The notes under the pieces were generated by a model that searched no databases, was not told where the DNA came from, and worked only from the letters and a program-made list of their open reading frames with translations. From NCBI GenBank assembly GCA_900549415.1, contig URNX01000004.1, forward strand, positions 19,967-83,966: a stretch of DNA of 64,000 nucleotides, in the 5' to 3' direction. The DNA is from an uncultured bacterium (lineage in GTDB: Bacteria > Verrucomicrobiota > Lentisphaeria > Victivallales > UBA1829). A program made the position numbers and the translations under genes. The stretch's first letter is position 1. The number at the start of each line of letters is the position of its first letter. This document shows, piece by piece, positions 1 through 8,906 of the stretch.

Positions 1-285
1 GTTTTTGCTCTCCTGCGCGAATTCAAAGACCGGGTTGCGTTTCTGCACTTCCGTGACGTTACGGGAACGAAGACCTGTTTCCGCGAGACGTTTCATGACA
101 ATGGTCCGACGGATATGGCGGCACTGCTCCGTACAGCTTCAGAGACAACTCCGGATTGCCTGATCCGTCCCGATCACACCCCCGCAATGGCTGGTGAAAC
201 GGAGAACACGGGGTACACCATGCTCGGGAATCTGTTTGCAGTCGGTTACATCCGCGGCATCATGGATACTTTGAGTTCCAGATAA
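1..285 (+). CDS. uxuA: D-mannonate dehydratase, C-terminal fragment (5' end outside window)
   Basis: Frame 1 is open from base 1 to TAA at 283-285. The translation VAFLHFRDV...FHDNGPTDM...IRPDHTPAM...NTGYTMLGNLFAVGYIRGI matches the conserved C-terminal UxuA blocks (HxRNV, DGDxDM, RPDHG, PGY..GRL.GLAE.RG) from memory. Confidence 0.7.
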   Translation, partial: VFALLREFKDRVAFLHFRDVTGTKTCFRETFHDNGPTDMAALLRTASETTPDCLIRPDHTPAMAGETENTGYTMLGNLFAVGYIRGIMDTLSSR

Positions 286-310
286 TCCCCCGTTCTGCCC
301 AGTGGTTTTC

Positions 311-349
311 TCTTTCTGCACAATTTTACTTGTAAATTGTGCAGAAAGA
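311..349 (+). terminator. Perfect 16-bp inverted repeat (stem 311-326 / 334-349, 7-nt loop) downstream of uxuA; possible terminator or operator
   Basis: tctttctgcacaattt-tacttgt-aaattgtgcagaaaga read directly. It is followed only by an AT-rich stretch (atatatagtat), not a clean U-tract. Confidence 0.4.
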
Positions 350-386
350 ATATATAGTATGGGCAGAAAGACGAGAGGGGAGAATC

Positions 387-1436
387 ATGAGACTTTTTGA
401 CTATACGACTGTACCAGGGAAGCTGCTGACGCCGGAAATCTGCAATTTGCTGTCTGCAATTCATGAGTTCCGGGGGCGGCAGGAACTCTTTATTTCCGCG
501 AAGAAAGATGTGCTTGACTCTCTGCTGCAGGTGGCGGTTATCCAGAGCACGGAAGCCTCTAACCGTATGGAAGGAATTTTTACTTCGGACCGCCGTTTGA
601 AAGAGCTTGTTGTGCAGAAGGCGGAACCTGCGACCCGGAGCGAAAAAGAGATTGCAGGGTATCGGGATGTCCTGGCGACCATTCATGAAAATTATGAATT
701 CATTCCGGTTACACCGAATACAATCCTGCAGCTCCACCGGGATCTTTATTCTTTCCAGCCTTCCGGCATCGGCGGCCATTGGAAAGACAGTGACAACTGC
801 ATTGCGGAAAAGGATGATGAGGGTAAAAACCATGTCCGTTTTTCTCCGGTGCCCGCCTTTGAAACGCCGGAGGCAATGGCGCGGCTTTGCGAGGCGTACA
901 ACAGTGCGGTGCAACGGGAAGTTTACGATCCTCTGCTGCTTTCCGTTCTTTTTATTTTTGATTTTCTCTGCATTCACCCTTTCAATGACGGAAACGGGCG
1001 GATGAGCCGGCTTCTTACTCTGCTCCTGCTCTATCGGCATCGTTATATTGCCGGCAAGTACATCAGTCTTGAAATGCTGATCGAAAAGTCGAAGGAAACG
1101 TACTATGAGTCATTGCGTGAAAGTTCCGGCGGCTGGAATGAATCGGAGAATGATTATATTCCGTTTTTGCGCTACATGCTTGGAATCATTATACGTGCAT
1201 ATCGTGAATTCGAGAGTCGCGCCGCCCATGTCCGTTCCGGAAAGTCTCCGACGAAAGCGGAGCGTATCCGGAGTGTTTTTGAACAGCGCCTCGGCAAAAT
1301 TTCCAAGTCGGACATTGCTCTCCAGTGTCCGGATATCAGCATCTCCACGATTGAACAGACTCTCCGGGAGCTGCAGGCTGACGGTTTGATTGAAAAGGTC
1401 GGTTCCGGCAGAAATACCGGCTATATTCTGCGCTGA
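387..1436 (+). CDS. Fic family protein (class II-like, N-terminal inhibitory helix, C-terminal winged-helix)
   Basis: Fic motif HPFNDGNGRMSR. Upstream [ST]xxxE[GN] inhibitory motif SNRMEG. The ATG at 387 is preceded by GAGGGGAG, which I prefer over the GTG at 339 that lies inside the hairpin. Confidence 0.85.
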   Translation: MRLFDYTTVPGKLLTPEICNLLSAIHEFRGRQELFISAKKDVLDSLLQVAVIQSTEASNRMEGIFTSDRRLKELVVQKAEPATRSEKEIAGYRDVLATIHENYEFIPVTPNTILQLHRDLYSFQPSGIGGHWKDSDNCIAEKDDEGKNHVRFSPVPAFETPEAMARLCEAYNSAVQREVYDPLLLSVLFIFDFLCIHPFNDGNGRMSRLLTLLLLYRHRYIAGKYISLEMLIEKSKETYYESLRESSGGWNESENDYIPFLRYMLGIIIRAYREFESRAAHVRSGKSPTKAERIRSVFEQRLGKISKSDIALQCPDISISTIEQTLRELQADGLIEKVGSGRNTGYILR

Positions 1437-1441
1437 TTGAG

Positions 1442-1477
1442 CCGCCGGAGAAACGGGCAACCTAGTCTCTCCGGCGG
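1442..1477. terminator. Stem-loop between convergent fic and serine-hydrolase genes
   Basis: ccgccggaga (1442-1451) pairs with tctccggcgg (1468-1477). It is followed by ttggattatcttttta on the + strand. Confidence 0.5.
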
Positions 1478-1495
1478 TTGGATTATCTTTTTATG

Positions 1496-2908
1496 TTACA
1501 GTTCCGCCGTCAGTTCGGGGAGGAACGGGGTGCGGAAACAGCAGAAACGTGAGGTCGAAGTGAGCGGTTTTTCCGCGGAGGCGAAGTCAATGCGGAAAAC
1601 TTCGCGGAACGAACCTTCGTAACAGCAGAGTGCAATTTCAAGAACGGAATCCGAAACCCAGGCGGCGCTTGCGGCGGTGCGGCGGAGATAGGGATCGTTC
1701 AGCTGAAGAAGATTGTCGCAGTTGAATCCGAATCCGGCGTGCAGCTTCTCTTCTCCGTTTTTCGAATGGAAAATGAGCGTGCAGTCTTTGTCGCCGAAGG
1801 AGATGGCTGCGTCGGTGACTCCGGCGGCGTTCGGACGGAATTTCCAGGCGGCGGGGGCGTGACGGGGCGTCAGGTCTCCGGCGGCAAGCGGGATGGAAAG
1901 GGCGTCAAGCTGCTCCAGAAGCTCCTTGTGTGCAACGGGATCCTCGGGGAGAGTGTCGCCGGTGACGTCCGGAAGAAGAATGTCCCAGATGAGCGTGAGA
2001 ACCTGCTGCATGTTGGCCACACCGGCGGTCGTGGCGATCGCAATGTCCTTTTCCGGAATGGCGATCGCATACTGCCCGTGCGCTCCGTCGGCGCGGACGC
2101 CGTGCTGACACATCCAGAACTGATAGCCGTATCCGAGTTTCCAGTCGGGGGCTTCGTTCATGGAATTGTCAATCTGTTTCGTGGTCGCTTCAAGGAAATA
2201 TTCAGCGGGGATGAGCTGGCGTCCGTCCGCAACGCCGCCGTCAAGAAGAAGCTGGGCGAACTTTGCGATGTCTTCGGTCTTGAGATACAATCCCCATCCG
2301 CCTTTGTTGGTTCCCTTCGGACAGCATTCCCACATGCCGGGAACGATGTCGAGGGGATCGAAGATGCGGGGCATGAGGTATTCGCGCACGTTTTCGCCGG
2401 AGACTTTGCGGACGGCCGCCGCGAGCATGTAAGTTGCGGCGGAGTTGTAGGCGAAACGGGTTCCGGGTTCAAAGTCGAGTTTGGAAGAGAGGAAGCCCCG
2501 GACCCAGTCGCCGTCCGGATCGGCGAACATCGCGGGGGTGGCGCAGGAGGCGTGTCCGCTTGCCATGGTCAGCAGATTGCGGAGAGTGACTTTGCGCATC
2601 CGCGGGTCGGTGATGACGGAATCGTATTCCGGGAAAAAGGAAATCATTGTGTCGCTGAGGCGAAGCAGCCCTTCGCTTTGGGCAATGCCGACGGCGCAGG
2701 AGGTGAAGCTTTTGCTGAGCGAGAAGAGGGAATGGGGGATATCGGGTGAATAGGGTTTCCACCAGCCTTCCGCGCAGACGTGTCCGTGACGCATGACCAT
2801 GATGCTGTTGAGCGAGTCGAGCTTTTTCAGTTCAGCAAGAAGTTTGCAGAGTGTGTGCGAGGAGATCCCGACTGATTCGGGCGTGGAACGTAAGAGATGT
2901 TTTGCCAT
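1496..2908 (-). CDS. Serine hydrolase, beta-lactamase/transpeptidase-like family
   Basis: 470-aa ORF with the SxxK motif (SLSKSF) near the N-terminus and overall class C beta-lactamase/esterase-like composition. Confidence 0.8.
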   Translation of the reverse strand: MAKHLLRSTPESVGISSHTLCKLLAELKKLDSLNSIMVMRHGHVCAEGWWKPYSPDIPHSLFSLSKSFTSCAVGIAQSEGLLRLSDTMISFFPEYDSVITDPRMRKVTLRNLLTMASGHASCATPAMFADPDGDWVRGFLSSKLDFEPGTRFAYNSAATYMLAAAVRKVSGENVREYLMPRIFDPLDIVPGMWECCPKGTNKGGWGLYLKTEDIAKFAQLLLDGGVADGRQLIPAEYFLEATTKQIDNSMNEAPDWKLGYGYQFWMCQHGVRADGAHGQYAIAIPEKDIAIATTAGVANMQQVLTLIWDILLPDVTGDTLPEDPVAHKELLEQLDALSIPLAAGDLTPRHAPAAWKFRPNAAGVTDAAISFGDKDCTLIFHSKNGEEKLHAGFGFNCDNLLQLNDPYLRRTAASAAWVSDSVLEIALCCYEGSFREVFRIDFASAEKPLTSTSRFCCFRTPFLPELTAEL

Positions 2909-3048
2909 GAGAAACTCCGTTTTTGGTGATAAGATACCCGTGTTCGCGGAAATAGCAAATGAAAAAGGAAAATTTCAGGGAAAAAGGGCTGCTGCAGTTG
3001 AAAAAATGCGTTGACGGATTAAGATACGTACAAAAAACAGAGGTTTTC

Positions 3049-3663
3049 ATGGCAAATTTCAAAGCTCATACGATCTGGGGCGGACTCTGGGGCGTGGTCT
3101 GCAGCATCGGTGCTTTTTTCCTTGGATTCGCATCGCCCGTGAATCTTGCGGTCACAATGTTCCTTTCCGTTCTCGGCTCCGCGGTTCCGGATCTGGATTT
3201 TGACGACGGGCATCCCCGGCGGCTGGTTCTTTCGTTCCTGAGCATCCTGATTCCGCTGCTGGTGGTTCAGCGTTTTCAGCAGGATTTGACGGCGGAGCAG
3301 TTTCTTGCGCTCGGGCTGGCCGCATTTGTCGCGATCCGTTATCTCCTCGCTGTGATTTTGAATGTGACAACGGTTCACCGGGGGGCGTTTCATTCGATTC
3401 CCGCCGGGCTGATTACGGGGGAGCTTGCATGGCTGCTTTTTGCCGATTCTCCGCTGATGAACCGCGCGCTCTACACGGCAGCCGTGTTCGGCGCGGTGGT
3501 TTCACATCTGATTCTGGATGAAATCTGCGCAATCAGGCCGATGCACCTCTCGGTCAAGAAGTCGTTCGGAAACGCGCTGAAATGGTCGGTGGAATCAAAA
3601 ATTCACACCGTTCTGCTCTATCTGCTGGTTCTGGCGCTCGGGTACTTCTGCTGTATTGTCTGA
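3049..3663 (+). CDS. Membrane-bound metal-dependent hydrolase (YdjM/DUF457-like)
   Basis: Multi-TM protein starting MANFKAHTIWG, with PDLDFDDGH, HRGAFHS and HLILDE motifs typical of this family. I prefer the ATG at 3049 over 2959. Confidence 0.65.
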   Translation: MANFKAHTIWGGLWGVVCSIGAFFLGFASPVNLAVTMFLSVLGSAVPDLDFDDGHPRRLVLSFLSILIPLLVVQRFQQDLTAEQFLALGLAAFVAIRYLLAVILNVTTVHRGAFHSIPAGLITGELAWLLFADSPLMNRALYTAAVFGAVVSHLILDEICAIRPMHLSVKKSFGNALKWSVESKIHTVLLYLLVLALGYFCCIV

Positions 3664-5094
3664 TCAGCGGATGACGTTTTCATCGAGAACGGAGTAGTCG
3701 TTGTCGAGTTCCGCGCGGCGGAGCAGGGCGGCAAAGACGCATTCCGTATCGGTGTAGGGGCAGTCGCCGGAGGGGCGGCTCTCTCCGCAGACGCCGTTAT
3801 TCAGAAGTTTCGGGCAGTTGCCTGTGCAGACATACATGGTTTGCGGAAGATGGCAGCTGTCACAGTTGCGGTGGCATGCGGCGAGCAGACGCTTGGTCAG
3901 GCGCTTGTCCTCCGCCGGCATCCGGTCGGCGTGCGGAAGCAGGAAGCGCGCAAGACGGTAGCGGAAACGTTCGGCGAATGAGCATTCCGGAAGCGGTTCG
4001 CTGTTGACTTTTGCCGTGTCGCAGGTCACTCCCTCCGCGAGCATGTTTTCAAACAGATAGTAGCGGTACGGGTAGGGCGCCATTTCGACTTTGGAATAAT
4101 AATCGTTGTGGGCGGCGCGCCAGTCGTCGTAATTGGAGAATTCGGACATCGCCTCCTGAATGCGCAGATAGATCCGGTTTGCCGTTTCGGGGTCGTCCGC
4201 TCCGGCGATCTGGATGCCGCTGTAGCCGAGGAATTTCGCTCCGGCGGCGTGAATCTGAAGACGGCGCCACTGTGCCGCTTCGAACTGGGCAAGGGAATAC
4301 ATCATCTCTTTGCGGATTGCGCGTTTAAGGTCGTCGGAAATCCAGAGTCCCGGACACTTCCCCGAGCAGATGTCCTCCGCTTTTTCGGGCGAGAGATAGA
4401 GAATCCGCGCGAGGGTCGGGATGTTTTGCGAACGGCGGAACATGCACCAGCGCATTTCCAGCAGTTTGCGCATGTCCCAGCCGCTCTGGGCGACGACGAA
4501 CTGTGCGCCCGCCGCAATTTTCTTGTTGAGTTTGCTGTATTGCAGAATGCTGTCCGTGCGCGTGTATTTGAACGGGTTCGCGACGCATCCGGCGAAAAGC
4601 GGCTCTTTGGAGCAGGCGTTGCGCTGAAGAATGTTGGAGCTGTCGTAATAACGGTGTTTCACGGCGTCTTCGAGTGTGGAGCCGGCGGCGCCGGAAACGG
4701 CGACGATGTTCTTGAAGCCCTCGAAACGGTAGATTCCGAGATTGTAATCAATATCTTCCTGTGTGCGGTCGCGTCCGTTGAGATAGATGAGATGACGGTC
4801 GCGTCCGGTTTTGCAGAGCGCGGCGGCGAATTCGCCGGGATCGAGCGACGGGAAATCCGGCGAATCATCGAGGAACGCGAGCCCTCCGGGAAAATTGCGG
4901 GGGGACATTGCGACGGATTCGAGCTCGGAATACTTGGAAACGACGGATTCGAGTTTGGAATCGCGCCCGGGAATATGCAGCTCAAGCAGCACGCTGAATT
5001 CCGCATTCGCAAGGTGTTCGCGGAAAAGGTTGCCTTTGGAACGTCCGCTGAAATTCATTTCGAGCTGACGGGAGAGCTGTTCCTCTTTTTTCAT
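3664..5094 (-). CDS. Methylenetetrahydrofolate reductase-like protein with a C-terminal MetV/MTHFR_C-type Cys-rich domain
   Basis: MetF-fold blocks are present (FSVLLELHIPG, HLIYLNGRD, KIAAGAQFVVAQSGWD). The C-terminal cluster is CHRNCDSCHL...CTGNCPKLLNNGVCGES...GDCPYTDTEC, which is like CPK.L.NGPCGG. The start at 5094 gives an ATGA overlap with the upstream gene's stop. Confidence 0.6.
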   Translation of the reverse strand: MKKEEQLSRQLEMNFSGRSKGNLFREHLANAEFSVLLELHIPGRDSKLESVVSKYSELESVAMSPRNFPGGLAFLDDSPDFPSLDPGEFAAALCKTGRDRHLIYLNGRDRTQEDIDYNLGIYRFEGFKNIVAVSGAAGSTLEDAVKHRYYDSSNILQRNACSKEPLFAGCVANPFKYTRTDSILQYSKLNKKIAAGAQFVVAQSGWDMRKLLEMRWCMFRRSQNIPTLARILYLSPEKAEDICSGKCPGLWISDDLKRAIRKEMMYSLAQFEAAQWRRLQIHAAGAKFLGYSGIQIAGADDPETANRIYLRIQEAMSEFSNYDDWRAAHNDYYSKVEMAPYPYRYYLFENMLAEGVTCDTAKVNSEPLPECSFAERFRYRLARFLLPHADRMPAEDKRLTKRLLAACHRNCDSCHLPQTMYVCTGNCPKLLNNGVCGESRPSGDCPYTDTECVFAALLRRAELDNDYSVLDENVIR

Positions 5095-5960
5095 TTGTCC
5101 GGAGCCTCCAGAAAGCCGGAGATGATCGCGGCGAGTTCTTCGGGGGCGTCTTCGGTGAGATAGCGTCCGCCGAAGGGAATGCGGTGGACTTTGGCGTCCG
5201 GACAGTAGTTCATCCAGCGGTGGAGATAGCGTTCCGGATAGAGCCAGTCGCGCACGCCCCAGACGATGCACATTTTGTGTTCGCGGAGAATCCAGAGTCC
5301 GTGCTCCACTTCAATGACGCTTTCGAAGGAGGGATCGTCGGGTTTGCAAGGAATGTCGTCGATGAACCGGTAGAGCGCAATGCGGGTTTTGTGCTTGCGG
5401 TATGGATACATGTATCCGTTGCGGACGCTGTCCGGATGCGCGCCTAGCCCCCAGAAGATCATGTTTGTGTTCATCATCAGCGGTTTGCCGATGACGGGGA
5501 ACCATTTGCAGAGCTGGAAGCGGAAGGGAAGACGGTAGCCGGAAAAGGCGATCGAATTCATCACGACGATGCGGTCGACCCGTTCCGAGTGGCGGACCGT
5601 GAAGCCTGTTCCGATTGTGGCGCCCCAGCCGTGCATGACAAGCGAGAATTTCTCCAGATTGAGATGCTCGACGAGACGCTCCAGATTGTCGATCTGCGTT
5701 TCCAGCCGGTAGTCGTAGCCGTCGGGCTTGTCGGAGAGGCCGTAGCCGATGGCGTCGGGCGCGATCACCCGGAATTTCTGCGAGAACTCCTTGATGAGGT
5801 TGCGGAAGAAGAACGACCACATCGGGCATGCATGGAGCATGATGATGACGGGTCCCGTTCCCTCGTCCACGTAATGCATCCGGTATTTTCCGGCGTACAT
5901 GTAGTGGGGAGTGAAGGGGTACTCCTCCTTCATCTTTCTCAAATCCGCAGTTTTCTTCAT
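5091..5960 (-). CDS. Alpha/beta-hydrolase fold protein, haloalkane-dehalogenase-like but lacking catalytic residues
   Basis: It aligns by eye to DhlA-type HLDs: LHACPMWSFFFRNLI vs LHGEPTWSYLYRKMI, VIAPDAIGYGLSDKP, and VMHGWGATIG vs VVQDWGGFLG. Confidence 0.8.
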   Translation of the reverse strand: MKKTADLRKMKEEYPFTPHYMYAGKYRMHYVDEGTGPVIIMLHACPMWSFFFRNLIKEFSQKFRVIAPDAIGYGLSDKPDGYDYRLETQIDNLERLVEHLNLEKFSLVMHGWGATIGTGFTVRHSERVDRIVVMNSIAFSGYRLPFRFQLCKWFPVIGKPLMMNTNMIFWGLGAHPDSVRNGYMYPYRKHKTRIALYRFIDDIPCKPDDPSFESVIEVEHGLWILREHKMCIVWGVRDWLYPERYLHRWMNYCPDAKVHRIPFGGRYLTEDAPEELAAIISGFLEAPDK

Positions 5961-5978
5961 CCGGCGGCTCCCTTCGTC

Positions 5979-7772
5979 TTACATTGCCGACGGGACCTGA
6001 ATGGTCAGCGTGTTGAGACCGTCCGTGAGCAGGTCGCGGACCGCATAGCAGAGCGCGAGGCGCGCGGTGCGGAGCGGTTCGTTTTCCGCTGTGAGGACGG
6101 GGCATTCGCGGTAGAACCGGTTGAAGCCCTTCGCGACTTCGAGCAGATGATTGACGAGCACGGAGCAATCCATCTTTTCCGCGGCGGAGCGGAGAACGTC
6201 GGGATATGCGGCGCAGAGCAGAGCCAGGCGGCGTTCCTCATCCTTCGCGAGCAGTTCCCACTGCGGATTGGCGGCGCTGATGTTCTGTTCCGCGGATTTG
6301 CGCTCGATGGAGTTGATTCGCGCACACGCGTACTGAACATACGGCCCGGTGTCGCCTTCGAATTTGAGCGACGCCTGCGGGTCGAACATGATCGTGGTTT
6401 TCGGATTGAATTTGAGAAGCATGAACTTGAGAGCGCCCATGCCGATGGTTTCGGCGCGCTGTTCCAGATCCTCCGGAGCGGGAGCTCCGTTGAGACGCTC
6501 CAGTGTGGCGGTGCGGGCGAGTCCGTGCATTTCATCGAAGAGATCATCCGCATCCACGACGGTTCCTTCGCGGCTCTTCATCTTGCCGGAGGGCAGGTTG
6601 ACCATGCCGTAGGCGAGGTGGTAGAGGTGCGACGCCCATTCAAAACCGAGCTTGGAGAGAATGGTGAACAGCATCTTGAAGTGCAGAATCTGTTCATCGC
6701 CGACAACCCAGATCTGAGTGTCCGGCTTGTTTTCTTTGTACTTGAGCAGAGTTGTTCCGATATCCTGTGTGATGTAGACGCTGGTTCCGTCGGAGCGGAG
6801 AACAACTTTGGTCCCGAGTTTGCCGAGGTCGGCGATGACTGCGCCGTCTTCGCGCTTCTTGAACACGCCGTCGGCGAGTCCCTTTGCGATGAGGTCCTTG
6901 CCGAGCAGATAGGTCTGGCTTTCGAGATATGTTTTGTTGAAATGAACACCCATGCGGTCATACGTCTGCTTGAATCCGGCGAAGACCCATGAGTTCATGA
7001 GGTTCCAGAGTTTGCGGACTTCCGGATCGCCTGCTTCCCAGTCCTGAAGCATCTTCTGCGCCGCGGCGCCGATTTCCGTGCGGAGGAAGAGGTCGTCGTT
7101 CGACTGATCCGCCGTGGAAGGATCGCTTTCGCGGAGCGCCTTGATTTCATCGGAGAGAACGGAGTTGTACTTCACATAGAAGTTTCCGACAAAGTGGTCG
7201 CCCTTGATTCCGGTGGATTCGGGCGTTTCCCCGTTGCCGTAGCGCTGGTATGCGAGCATGGATTTGCAGATATGAATTCCGCGGTCGTTTACGAGGTTGA
7301 TCGGAATGACCGTGTTGCCGACGCGAGCGAGCAGCGAGCAGAGGGACATGCCGATGGTGTTGTTGCGGACGTGTCCGAGGTGCTGCGGTTTGTTGGTGTT
7401 CGGCGCGGAGTACTCAATGAGGATCCGGCGGCGTTCGGCTTCCGGCAGCTTGCCCTCTTCGAAGAGCGCGGGCATATCGGCAACCGTATCGCGGCAGAGC
7501 GCGGCGGGCTTGAGCGTAATGTTGACAAACGCCTTGACCGCATCGGCGGAGGCGACGTCTTCATGATTGCGGAAGAATTCGACGGCTTCGGCGGCAAGCT
7601 GATCGGGTTTCTTCCCGAACATTCCGGCGAAGCGGAAGCAGTTGACCGTGATGTCGCCGGTCATGCCCTGAGGACAGAGCTCGGGGGCGATGCTCCAGCC
7701 GGGCTTGGTTTTGTTTTCGGGATTCTTCCGGAGAAGTTCTGCGGAAAAATCGGCAATGCAGCGCAGTTTCAT
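5979..7772 (-). CDS. argS: Arginine--tRNA ligase
   Basis: 597 aa with the class I HIGH motif in context (SAPNTNKPQHLGHVRNNTIG) and a C-terminal anticodon-binding-domain-like tail ending in M. Confidence 0.9.
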   Translation of the reverse strand: MKLRCIADFSAELLRKNPENKTKPGWSIAPELCPQGMTGDITVNCFRFAGMFGKKPDQLAAEAVEFFRNHEDVASADAVKAFVNITLKPAALCRDTVADMPALFEEGKLPEAERRRILIEYSAPNTNKPQHLGHVRNNTIGMSLCSLLARVGNTVIPINLVNDRGIHICKSMLAYQRYGNGETPESTGIKGDHFVGNFYVKYNSVLSDEIKALRESDPSTADQSNDDLFLRTEIGAAAQKMLQDWEAGDPEVRKLWNLMNSWVFAGFKQTYDRMGVHFNKTYLESQTYLLGKDLIAKGLADGVFKKREDGAVIADLGKLGTKVVLRSDGTSVYITQDIGTTLLKYKENKPDTQIWVVGDEQILHFKMLFTILSKLGFEWASHLYHLAYGMVNLPSGKMKSREGTVVDADDLFDEMHGLARTATLERLNGAPAPEDLEQRAETIGMGALKFMLLKFNPKTTIMFDPQASLKFEGDTGPYVQYACARINSIERKSAEQNISAANPQWELLAKDEERRLALLCAAYPDVLRSAAEKMDCSVLVNHLLEVAKGFNRFYRECPVLTAENEPLRTARLALCYAVRDLLTDGLNTLTIQVPSAM

Positions 7773-7784
7773 GAATCAGCCCTC

Positions 7785-8783
7785 TCAGAGTGTGGTCTTG
7801 ACGACGGTTGTGTGTTTGCCCGCAGGAACGAAGATGTGGTAGAGTCCGAATGCGGCGGGAATCAGGCAGGAGGAACCGGCCTTGACTTCCACTGTGCGGT
7901 CGTCGCGGCCGACGGTGACCGGCTCATTGATCGCGGTGATGATGTGGAAGCTGTTCGTGCTGTTCGTGTTGTCGCGCCAGTTCTCGACGAGCCGCAGGTC
8001 TTCGACTTTGAAGAACGGGCAGGTGTTGACGACGGGATATTTGCGGTTGCGGTCGGTGGAATCGCACGGACCGGAGATGCGGGGCACGGTGCGGTCGGTG
8101 AAATCGATGCAGTCGCGGGCGGCGTCCACATGGAGCTCGCGGGACTTTCCGTTGGCGTCGACGCGTCCCCAGTCGCTGATGCGGAAGGTCGTGTTGCTGT
8201 TCTGCTGGATTTCAAGAAGCAGGTTTCCCGCGCCGATGGCGTGGACTTTGCCGGCCTTGATGAAATAGGCGTCGCCGGGAACGGAGTCGAAAATCTGGAG
8301 CGTGCGTTCGACTTCGGGGCTGGCAACGTTCTGGAGGAACTGCACTTTGGTGGTGTTGTTGCGGAGGCCGGCGATGATTTTCGCGCCCTTGTCCGCCTGG
8401 ATGATGTACCACATTTCGGTTTTCGGTTCGATTCCAGGGGTGCGCGCACAGGCGGCTTCATCGGGGTGAACCTGCAGGGAGAGACGCTTCCCCGCGTCGA
8501 TGATTTTGACGAGGAGGGGGAACTTGCCGCCGTTGAAGTGGGCGCCGATGAGCTCCTTGCCGTAGAATTCGACGAGCTTGCGGAGAGTTTCGCCTTTGAG
8601 CGGACCGTTTTCGACGATGCTGACGGCGTCGTCGCGGTCGACGATTTCCCATGCTTCGCCGATGGGCGAGCAGTGCGGCGGAACGTCGCGTTTCAGGATG
8701 GTTTCAAGTTTGTTTCCGCCCCACATGACTTCCTTGTAGACGGGTTTGAATACCAGCGGGTAAAGAGCATCTGTGTCAATCAT
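7785..8783 (-). CDS. manA: Mannose-6-phosphate isomerase, type I
   Basis: YPLVFKPVYKEVMWGG N-terminus and the LSLQVHPDE metal-binding motif. It lies 12 bp upstream of argS on the same strand. Confidence 0.8.
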   Translation of the reverse strand: MIDTDALYPLVFKPVYKEVMWGGNKLETILKRDVPPHCSPIGEAWEIVDRDDAVSIVENGPLKGETLRKLVEFYGKELIGAHFNGGKFPLLVKIIDAGKRLSLQVHPDEAACARTPGIEPKTEMWYIIQADKGAKIIAGLRNNTTKVQFLQNVASPEVERTLQIFDSVPGDAYFIKAGKVHAIGAGNLLLEIQQNSNTTFRISDWGRVDANGKSRELHVDAARDCIDFTDRTVPRISGPCDSTDRNRKYPVVNTCPFFKVEDLRLVENWRDNTNSTNSFHIITAINEPVTVGRDDRTVEVKAGSSCLIPAAFGLYHIFVPAGKHTTVVKTTL

Positions 8784-8861
8784 TCCGTAACTCCTCGGGA
8801 ATAGTTTTTTGATTCACTGCCAATATACCATATATTCACTGTTTTTTCAACGTATAGTTTC

Positions 8862-8899
8862 GGAAAAAAATGAAAATGCCCGGCGTCGGTGCCGGGCAT
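8862..8899 (-). terminator. Rho-independent terminator after pseudopilin gene A
   Basis: Stem atgcccggc (8876-8884) pairs with gccgggcat (8891-8899). On the minus strand it is followed by UUUCAUUUUUUUCC. Confidence 0.65.
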
Positions 8900-8906
8900 C
8901 GGGAAT

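Noticed and set aside
3664-5271. Long N-terminal extensions of several ORFs in the supplied track (3664-5271, 42748-43728, 27776-29401, 44361-46598, 13143-15302, 47600-50830)
   Set aside because: The extensions are Arg/Ser/Pro-rich, overlap upstream genes or intergenic hairpins, and precede internal ATGs. Those internal ATGs either have RBS-like sequences or begin an obvious signal peptide or conserved N-terminus. I used the internal starts instead.
5589-8804. 467-aa (5589-6992) and 536-aa (7194-8804) + strand ORFs
   Set aside because: They are antisense to argS and manA, whose translations carry unambiguous family signatures. Their composition is low-complexity (V/A/G/D/E/R-rich).
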